This document shows, in pieces, positions 1-9,400 of a DNA stretch of 37,059 nt (its first letter is position 1; every line of letters begins with the position of its first letter). Under the pieces are notes generated by a model. It did no database searches. It had not been told where the DNA came from and saw only the letters and a list, made by a program, of their open reading frames with translations. Both the position numbers and the translations under genes were made by a program. This DNA comes from Craspedostauros australis (Eukaryota). Where the stretch lies: positions 1-37,059 of the forward strand of contig JALAGF010006300.1 of the NCBI GenBank assembly GCA_030167865.1. The letters run 5' to 3'.

Positions 1-625
1 TGCAGCGGATTCCACGCTGCCGTCAACTTCCCACAATACGATGTAAGTGCAACTCGAATATGGACCGTGCTGTGACTTGGTTGTGTGCATTCACGCACAT
101 GCATATTTTTATGAATACGATGTCTTGGCTCCCTCTATGCCCACGACGCCACACGAAACCACACCGCATCCCCTCACACCACGCCTCACATCATCACATC
201 CGATCTCCCTTGCACTGTTGACTCCCCATTCCACATGTCCCATTCGACATCTTCCATTCCACCGCCACGCACAGTACTATGCGTACCAAGGCAACAAGCC
301 ACTCGGAATGCGCAAGTCCTTCGAACAGTGGAAGAGCGCAAAGGGAAGCGAACGCTGGATGTTCGAAGAGGCCATGCCGAACCTGGAAAGCGCACAGAAG
401 GCAGCCACGACCGTGCAACTTCTCACCCTGCCATCCAAGAACACCATCATGGACCTCGACAACAACTTCTCTGTGCGCGGAAAGAGTGCGTACGGCACGT
501 TCAAGAAGAACATGAACAGAATCGCGAACCATATCGAATTGCGCACCAAGGAGGACGAACGTACCGGCGAGCCGAAGTACGAGTACCTCAAGCCAGAGAA
601 TATCCCTGCATCCATCGACATCTAA
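1..625 (+). CDS. LOX: Lipoxygenase LOX-A, 3' part only (exons <1-42 and 275-625)
   Basis: 1-42 encodes CSGFHAAVNFPQYD (third Fe-His and Asn motif). GT-AG intron 43-274. Last exon YYAYQGNKPLG...YEYLKPENIPASIDI* ends in the C-terminal Ile Fe ligand. Same intron position as the complete copies. Confidence 0.93.
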
Positions 626-1757
626 CTCATGAACATTCATTCAAGCTCGGATACACATGATTAATTCATTTGAGCCACACTGACAAGTCCTTGTGTGGGA
701 GTGTTGTCCATCGTCGTTCTGTGCCGTTCCGCGTTGTTCAGCATGAGGTATGAAATGCATCAAGTCAGCCCCTTGGTATCCCTCTGTCTAGGCTCGCGCA
801 CGAAGCACAAGTCTCCGCGCGCTGAGCGGTGAAACCAATGATAGTTATTTTTGCCAGTTTGAACGAAGTGTTCTGTTCACATATCTCTTTTCACAATCTC
901 ATTTTGGGAAAATTAAGCCAACTTTTGGCATTTCTCGATGGTAAGAACTCAATTTAGAGAATCATGTGAACGCAGGACAGACATAAATGGTGATCACTGA
1001 TAGAGTTCTCCAACAGATCCAATGGAAAATGGCGCCAAAAGAAACTGCAAAACCGAATGGTATCTTGATCCATATCCTTTTTCTCTCGACAGTGCCATAC
1101 TCTCAGAGTACGGGGTAGGCACTGGATGCATCGAGGTTGCGATTGTGAAGAAGTCCTGCGAACACAACCAGCAATGCTGCAGAATTCTCAATTGATGGCG
1201 TAGCGAGCCACAGATGCAACATTCTCGTCACCCCAGAACACTTCCGCTTCTGCCTCCACATCTCTCCCCACCAATCACAATTGGGGGCCAAACCAAGACG
1301 TTACACCAATCACGGTTCGCAAGAGCAGACTAGGTTGACTCCAAGTCGCACCAATTGCGATCAAAGCCCTTCAACGTCGTCCCATTCCTGCACAAGCCGA
1401 GCGAACTTTCTAATACTTCGTTGAGCAAGTTCTTCGCAAGATTTTGGGTTTCTATCTCTTCCATAATATCGAAGAGGAGGTCGTGCATTGACTATGGCCA
1501 TAGAGTGAGGTGACACACTCCAAATCAGCGCCCAACAGTTCCCAACTGAAACGCTCACCTGTTCGACTTGCAGTTGGGCATGAACTGCAGGCGAAATGGC
1601 GCGAGTTGAATCCTTCATGGCCTCCACCTCTTATTGGTTTTGCTCTTGGAAGTCGCGGCCAGCGCAACCCGATCTGACCTCAGCCAGCAGGATTATCGAT
1701 TCCTGCATGGCTGTGCTACGCTTCTCAACCTCATCGGATTTAGTGGGGCTTGGGCGT

Positions 1758-1791
1758 AATAAATTCGAGCTCAAACTGTGAGGAGATTTAT
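1758..1791 (+). promoter_or_regulatory. Conserved LOX distal element AATTCGA..T..AAA.TGTGAGG(A/C)GA
   Basis: Also at 13381-13412, 17897-17922 and 35201-35233, ~670-810 nt upstream of each ATG. Confidence 0.5.
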
Positions 1792-2015
1792 ATGAGAAGC
1801 GACGAAAGAATTTATTGGACCAGAATTGACGAAACGTGGCCAGTCGTGTCACTTCGCTCGGAGTTATGATTCCCACCAACCTTTCGATGGTACACAGAAC
1901 AGCGCAATCTTACATTGCGACAGTCACACAAAGAGGCCGTGCGGAACGAAAACGAGAAACTTTGGTGTGCTCCGTCCTCTGTGCTTGTTTCTTTCTCGAA
2001 TCGGAAAAGATACGG

Positions 2016-2097
2016 CATCGACATCGACATCGACATCGACATCGACATCAACATCAACATCAACAACACCTCACCTCACCTCACTTCACCTCACCTC
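2016..2097 (+). repeat. Compound microsatellite (CATCGA/CATCAA)n followed by (CACCT)n
   Basis: Visible tandem 6-mers and then 5-mers upstream of LOX-B. Confidence 0.9.
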
Positions 2098-2420
2098 ATC
2101 ACTACGACTCGCAGAGGCACCGCCGGCTGGCATCAATAGCCGCAGCCAAAGCATCGCAGGAGAGGACTTCAGATCGGTTTTATCACCCCAGCTGATTACA
2201 CTCGCACAATCAAGGATGGTTTCAACAAAAGCAGCACATCATGCTGGCAACAACGCTACACCACACGCAAATCAATGACAACAGCGACACCACCAGTAGG
2301 AGTAGCGACGACAACAAGCAAAAGCCGCGGCAAGAGGCCTGTTGTCTTAGTGCAATCCCCGCGGTGCTGCGTGCAAGTTCACGCCGAACCTCAAAAGAGT
2401 TCATTCCAGCACTCGAATCA

Positions 2421-2460
2421 TCTCATAAAAATCGAAAGCGGATCAAGAACAATCCGCTCA
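2421..2460 (+). promoter_or_regulatory. Conserved LOX proximal element (CTCATAAAA...GYGGAT-N8/9-ATCCGCTCA), putative core promoter
   Basis: Also at 13985-14022, 18606-18643 and 35770-35807, always ~65-115 nt upstream of the LOX ATG. Function is inferred from positional conservation. Confidence 0.55.
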
Positions 2461-2537
2461 ACGCACAAGCGCACAAAAGCAAGCAATAACGCCAACACAA
2501 AACGCCAACAACGAAAGCAACAGCAAACACCGGCAAC

Positions 2538-5500
2538 ATGAAGCTCCACCTCATTTCTGCTGCCGCATCTGGGCTGCTCTGGGCACGCCCAGGTTCCGCC
2601 TTTCAAGCGGCGAAGCCCTTCATCCACCGTGCTGCCGTCCCGCGCACCGTCAACATCAGCCCATTGATGGTCAGCACGGAGAGTGATGTCGCCGATGCCA
2701 TTGAGGATGATGCCACCGAGACGTCCGACCTGACCGAAAAGCAGGCACTGGTTGTAGCAAAGATGCTTAGCAACCTCGAATCTATCGCTGACCTCTCTGG
2801 CGCAGAGACAACAGCCGATGTGTTGGAAGTGGCTCGATTGTTTGCGCGATTGGTGTCGAAAGACTTGAGTCGTGGTCAATCGAACACCGAGTTGGAAAAG
2901 GAATTCGAGAAACTGGGCAAGGAGATCTTTGAATATGGCCTCGCTCTCTATAGCCCGGCCATGTGGGCATCCTACACGTCGGAAGTAGGCCAAGCAATTG
3001 CAAGTGGTGCGGAAGGAAGCATGAGTCTTGACATCTCTCACGTCGCAGACTTGGCCATCGACGAAGCCTCCACCAGCGATGAAAGTTCCACCAGCGATGA
3101 AGGTTCCGCCGGCAGCTCAAGTTTGATAAAGACCATTCAAGAGCTCCTTCCAAACGCGCTTGAGCGCCGTGTCAACTTCGAGTACAACACCTATGGAATT
3201 CATGCAGAGGTGGGTCTGGGTATGCTTCGGAGTGCTTGGGAGTGCGTTTTTTTTCGGAGACCGTCAGGCTCATATTCATGAAAACAGAATCACAAAGGAT
3301 GCCTGCTTGCATCAATTCACACTCACACTCACACTCGCACTCGCACTCACACACGTACTCCATCCATCTTCCCCTTCCAACATATCCGTGCCACAACATC
3401 CTACCCCTTCCTTGTCAATGCACCGCACTGTGCTGCATCGAACGCAGTATCCTGATGTCGAGCTCGACGGGATGATGAAAATGATCGATGGTGTGCCCAG
3501 TGTTGAGTACTGGTTCTCCCTCAAGAAGTTCGTGAGGGTTTTCGCCCAAGTCTTGAAGGTCCAAGCTGGACTCAAGTTGACTGGGCTCGGCCCCGATGCT
3601 GTTAGCACCAAGGAAAACTATGAGAAGCTCTTTCAGCGACCGGGGCTTTTCTATGGCCACTACCCCAACCCCTATCTGCCAGCCCCCCAAAATGCTATCG
3701 ACAATTGGGACAAGGATAAGGAGTTCGCTCGCCAGTTCTTGAACGGCGTCAACCCAGTCATGATCGAAGTGGTCAAGGACAGCGCCAAGCTCACACCAGA
3801 GATGATGAAGTTCTTCGGAAACAAAGAGGGCGTCGACATCGATGCTCTCGCGAAGGACAACAAGCTCTTTTACGTTGACTACGTTGGATTGGCAGACCTC
3901 AAGAAGACGCCTCATCAAGCATATCCAAAGGCGTACAACAACGAAAAAACCCTTGATCCCAACAACCCTGCGGACAAAAAGATCTTGGACAAGGTTGGAA
4001 AAGAACCACGCTACTTCAAGGCACCTATGATCGTGTTCCGCAAGACTGAGGATCTCAAGAATATCGAGATCATGGCCATCCAGCTCGATCGTGAGGCTGA
4101 TTCCAAGGTCTACACTGCTGATAACTCGGGCGATATGGAATGGCAATTTGCCAAGACGACAGTCGCAACCGCAGACTCCCAGTACCATCAGGTGAGCACA
4201 CCGAGCGCGACTTGCTCACGCCAATTGCGACACAAACAACGGATACGTACGAAGAATTGCTTGTTCGCCTATCTGCAATGCGACGTTTGGGGTTGGTGAT
4301 TCTCGACAGCACCGTTCTTGGAATTCTATTCATCTCCTCGCTGTTATCTATCACCTCCTGTCGCTATGTGCCAATGATGCCATCACCAAACTCAATCCTC
4401 TCTCTTTCTCTTCTCTACTGCTTTACTTGTACATCCACGCACACATCCATGTGCGTATGGTTATGCCACTCTTCTTCCTCCTCATGTATTCAATAGTGGT
4501 TGAGCCACTTGGGGAAGACCCATTTGACCATGGAACCACACATCGTCGCCATCCACAACACGCTCCGCCGCCACGACCACAAGCTCTATCCATTCGTCAG
4601 GCCAATGTGTCGTGACACCCTCCTTCTCAACTACGCAGCGCGTCAAACGTTGGCCAAGTTTGGACCGAACAGCTTTGGTGATTACATGACATCTGTCGGA
4701 ACTGGCCAATTCATGCAACTCATCCTGAAGTATTGGGAATCTTACGACTTCTTCAAGTCTTCTGCCTTCGACGAAGAACTCAAAGGTCGCGGATTCACCG
4801 ACGATGTGGATCTTGGAAACTATCGCTACCGCACCGATGGCCAGAAGATCTGGGACGCATACGGCCGCTTCGCAACGAGCTACGTCGACGAGTGCTACAA
4901 GAGCGACACAGAAGTTGTGAACGACAAGATCTTGCAGAAGTGGGCTCACGAAACTAGTGATCCGGGGTGTGCTGCAGTCAAGAAGTTTCCCGGGAAGTTC
5001 GAGTCCAAGGCCCAGTTGGCTAAGACTTTGCAGACTCTCTTCTGGATCTGCAGTGGATTTCACGCTGCCGTCAATTTCCCGCAGTACGATGTGAGTACAT
5101 CTTGAAAGTGACATGAGTGATGGCTCATGGTTTGTCTCGCTGCGGAGACTGCTTGGCATGACGACTAGTTTTCCCGATTGCCCTCTTTGTGCGCACGCCA
5201 TATCCTCATCCCACTTCCCCCTATTTGTTCCATTCCTTCTCTTTGCGTCGACCGCCTTTTTACCATACATTCTCCCTTTGCTCTGCATATGCAGTTCTAC
5301 ACATTTCAAGCCAACAAACCACTCGGGTTCCGCAAGTCCTTCGAACAGTGGGAGGAAGCTGCCGGAAGCGAAGACTGGATGTTCGAAGAGGCCATGCCGA
5401 AGATGGACAGGGCAAAGGAGACCATATCTACCGCGACCGTCTTGACTCTTCCATCCGAGCACACCATCCTGGATCTGGACTACTCTTTCGACAAGATTGG

Positions 5501-5645
5501 AACGGATTCATACAAGGCATTCAAGCAGGAGTTGAAGACCATCTCATCTGAGATCGATGCGCAAAACGAGAAAGGAGCTCGCAGCGGCGAGCCAAAGTAC
5601 GAATACCTCAAGCCAGAGAATGTCCCTGCCTCCATCGACATCTAG
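2538..5645 (+). CDS. LOX: Lipoxygenase LOX-B, predicted plastid-targeted; exons 2538-3209, 3448-4191, 4497-5090, 5295-5645; ~786 aa
   Basis: Three phase-0 GT-AG introns join one open frame. Motifs FARQFLNGVNP, WQFAK, QYHQWLSHLGKTHLTMEP, LNYAAR, HAAVNFPQYD and C-terminal PASIDI. N-terminus MKLHLISAAASGLLWARPGSA|FQ is a signal peptide plus ASAFAP-like motif. Confidence 0.95.
3317..3353 (+). repeat. (CACACT/CGCACT)n microsatellite in LOX-B intron 1
   Basis: About six tandem hexamers. Confidence 0.85.
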
Positions 5646-5895
5646 AGCGTTCGTGTCCTTTGATGTCTGCCGTAGAAACAGTCGGAGCTTTGCTCTGCTG
5701 TGAGACCAGACGGCACGCTCAGACCCAACCCAACCAGACCAACCTTACCGAATCCAATCCACTTGCCTATCCGGGGACTGTGGTGAACTACACCTTGCGG
5801 AAGCAAATGTAGACGTAGCCACGATCCTTTGGCAATCGTTAAAAAGTCTCTAGTGAAATACATACAAATGCAACTCGAACTACTTCCGGAAGTAT
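5646..5895 (+). repeat. LOX-B 3' flank, highly similar to the LOX-C 3' flank at 17090-17345
   Basis: Shared text such as CAGTCGGAGCTTTGCTCTGCTGTGAGACCAGACGGCACGCTCAGA and TCTCTAGTGAAATAC. Confidence 0.9.
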
Positions 5896-6440
5896 CGGCA
5901 TCGATGGCGTGGCCTCATATTAGTGATTCGATTGGCGACATCTACATCGACCATCGTCGCGGAAACGGTCAACCACCTTGAGACATGTACCAGTGAGCTG
6001 CGAGGTGAATTGGGACAAGCCAAAGTGGCCCCCAACAGTGCTCGACTTGCAGTTCCGAAGTGGCGAATGAGATGGCGCGAGTTGGATCTTTCGTCACATC
6101 TTCGCTCCTTTCGTGATCTCTTGTGGCTCCCTGCATTCGACAATCAACCAACACAACCCAACCCAACCGTCCACGCCCCCTGCGAGGACTAGTGCGATTG
6201 TTCTTTTGCGAGAATGGTGCAAGGTTCACAACCACGATCAGGATCTTTTCGGTGGGCAGACCACTCGTAGATTTCACGACAGCGTGTAGGGCCATTGGCT
6301 CCGCATGAAGCTCTCTCAGCTTTGCCTTGTCGTATTGAGGAGTGCGTGTGTGTTAGTCAATTCCAATAACTGCATTTCACTTTCATCGTCTCCCAAGGTC
6401 AGCTGTCCTTACGAGTACAACGACTTGCCGAAGATGCCAC

Positions 6441-9400
6441 TCATTCGCAAAACCGTCGCTGCGTTTTGTCGAAGCGGTTGCAAATGCCGAATCCAGCCTT
6501 CACAGATGTTTCACGGCAGGAATACTCGTCGATTCGGGCATCTTCGCAACTTCGATCTTCGGGGATGTCCTGGGTGAGCAGGTTGTACGACCAAGACGGT
6601 ATTCCAGGTTCGTAGCTTGTCGACGGTGTTGGTTGCTCGATTGCGCCCGGGCCGAACCTCGACATCAACGCGCGCATTGTACGGTACAGATCATGGCCAG
6701 TGACCAATCGTCTCTGGTTGGCGTACAAGGCCTTCTTGGAAAGTCCAGCGATGTTCTCAGTCACCAGCATCTCTGTCCAAGGTCTGGAATGCTCCACCTG
6801 CGTGCTGTAATCCACGGCCAATGGCCCAAACTGGAGACCATGATCTGCGCGAACGATGATCATCGTCGGTGAGTTGGAGCTTGTGGCATCCTCGATAATG
6901 CTACGCAGCAGCGAGACGACGTGATCATCGTACCGCTCCGCCCTCAATGAGACTCTGGCCCAATCTGGAGTGTAATCGTGTGCCGCGATGGCATTCAGAA
7001 ATGCGAGCTTTGGGGAGGAGCTGTACACAGTCCACATCTGACGCAGCGCTTCGATCGAAATGTGCGCCTTCTCGATTCCCTCATTGCCGTCCAAACAGAT
7101 CTCGTTGCTGTCCTCAACTCCCCATCGCTGGAATTTGGTGATGCCGGTGAGGTTGAGCAGCTCGATCTTGCGTTCTGCAAGACGACAGAAGGTCCTGTGG
7201 GGACGGTAATCGATCTGGAAGGAAGGGAAGAGGTTGTTTTGCGTGACGTACGGCGACCCTTCAAAGCAGAACTCTTCGCCGAAGTACGTGATGTAGGCAT
7301 TATTCATACCCACGTCAAACAGCCATGGCAATCCGTTGTACTTGGTTTGCAATGGCTGAGGACACCAGACGGTCTCGTCGAGGTATGGTCGCTTGCGGTA
7401 CATCACAAGATCACGGACGACGGAATGCTCATCGTTACACACGTGGCCTTCACGGAAGGACTCCAGCAACTGCCCATTGCATTTGTCGGTCCCATTGCTT
7501 GGCATGGATATGCAGCCGCTCAGTGCGGCGACTTGGTTGGGAATGGAATTGGGTCCATAAATCGACACGTGAGAGGATAGATCCACTCCACAGATTGAGC
7601 CTTTGCATTTGTACGAGTACGGATCGTCATCGTCATCGTCATCGTCAGTATCATCATCGTTGTCTCTATCACTGCCGTTGTTGTGATGTTCGTCGCGAGT
7701 GTTGGGACCCGTCGAAGAAAGTGGAGCCTGTTGAAGACGCTGCATTCGGTATGATTCCAAAAATGATCGGGTTTTGGGGAAGAATCGATCCGCGTAGCTG
7801 GCTGATGCAGAGTCAATTTCTAGGAATAGGATGTTTACCATGTTGTCTTGATGAGCCGGCGGAAGCTGTTGCTTTCTTGCCCTCAATACGTCGAGTCCTA
7901 TCACACGAGTTTCCAGATGCAACGGCTTGCCTGGACAGTCCACCAGCATGAACGGGGTGATTCGGTCGACGATGACATTCACATCCTCGCCCCAAGGATG
8001 CTTGGAACAGCTGTACCAATCGCCAACCTTGCCGGCGCAGCGACAGCCTTCCGTAACAATGGCTCGCTGGTTGGATGGAAGTCTTGCAGTGAAATTGAGT
8101 TGGGGGCGCTGATGCTGTGGGATATCGGCATAGAATGACATCATTGATGGCGGTGTTGGCGACTCGAGCGCCATGCGCTTTCGGGTGGTTGCATTGGCCT
8201 CAATCAAGTCGCAGTACTTCTGTGGGATGGCCTGTGTTGTATGGCATTCATCACGAGCTTGAGGAAGCGGGAGGAGCAACGATTGGCCGTGCATTGCTAT
8301 TCTACCGTCCGTGTTACGATCAGGCGGTGGGACACCATCGTGTCTACTGTGACTGTTGTAATCGACTTGGTTCAGTTCCTCTTCAGTCTCAGTATCGTTC
8401 TCGTTCTTGTGTTGATTCAACAACACATCCAGCAACGTTTGGTGCACATCGAACGGGGTTGTGTGCTTGTGCCGGTTGTCGAGGATAGTTTGCCGCGCTT
8501 GCGTTTGTGCCTGTTCCTGGATGTGTTTGGGGAGTTTGATGTGGAGGATCGGTTGAATACGTTCCACCTGTCCTTCGTATGTTTGGAAGTACGGGCCGTA
8601 ATGCAGTCCATGATCGGAAACAAGCACCACCGTCAGATCATCCCACGCGCCGCGTCGGTTGAGTTGCATGCGCGTGGATTGCAAAAAAGTGCGCAACGGC
8701 GCATCCAGTGTGCCGGATAGCATCCCAGTGTCTTCATGACTGTCGATGAACGACAGGAAGGCGGCCCAAGGTGGTTGCTGGATCAGTTCGGAGCTCTGGT
8801 AGGATTGGATGAATTTGGTGGCGTACTTCATCAAGTGCAATGGCGCTGGGATAGAACCGATGCAATTGGGACGCTGGTAGTCAAAGCAGAACATGTGGTG
8901 CAAGGCGTCCCCGTGCGTTACGTTTGGCTTGATGGATTGGACCATGTTGGAGTTGAGCACGCACCCGTCCTCCGCCTTCAGCGTTGTGTATTTGTACCGA
9001 CTCTGCCGAAGCTCATCCCAAATCCACTTCGTCGCATCTCTCTGGTTGTGCGAGGAGATAGAATTGCGATCGTCCAATGACTCACCCGTGTACAGAGCTG
9101 CCTGATTCGGACCCGAATTATCTCCCACAGCGGTGTAGTTGGTGAACTCCACGAATCCGCTGTCTGGGCTGCGCAGCCACGACAATGTGCCGGGTAGGAA
9201 CCGCCGGAACATCCCGCGGCTGATGGGATCGATCATGATGAAGAGCAGGCTGTTGTTATTGCCTTTGCTGCTACTCTTCTTGGTTGTCATGGCTGACTTT
9301 GTTCGGTATTGAGAAATTGTCATCGGTTGGTTCTTTTTCGGCAGAACACCCAACCTGCGTTTATGGGAGTGTCGCTTCAGGTTGATAGCTACGTCATGCC

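Noticed and set aside
1826..2278. ORFs with (ST)n, (HR)n, (DI)n and (MS)n runs
   Set aside because: Translations of the hexamer microsatellite.
2538..3209. Allene oxide synthase (catalase-like) fusion at the LOX N-terminus
   Set aside because: Exon 1 is too short and lacks catalase-type haem motifs.
4482..5462. Long minus-strand ORFs over LOX exons (also 3415-4188, 14764-15609, 15889-16911, 20374-21213)
   Set aside because: Shadows produced by LOX codon bias; their ends are not conserved between paralogues.
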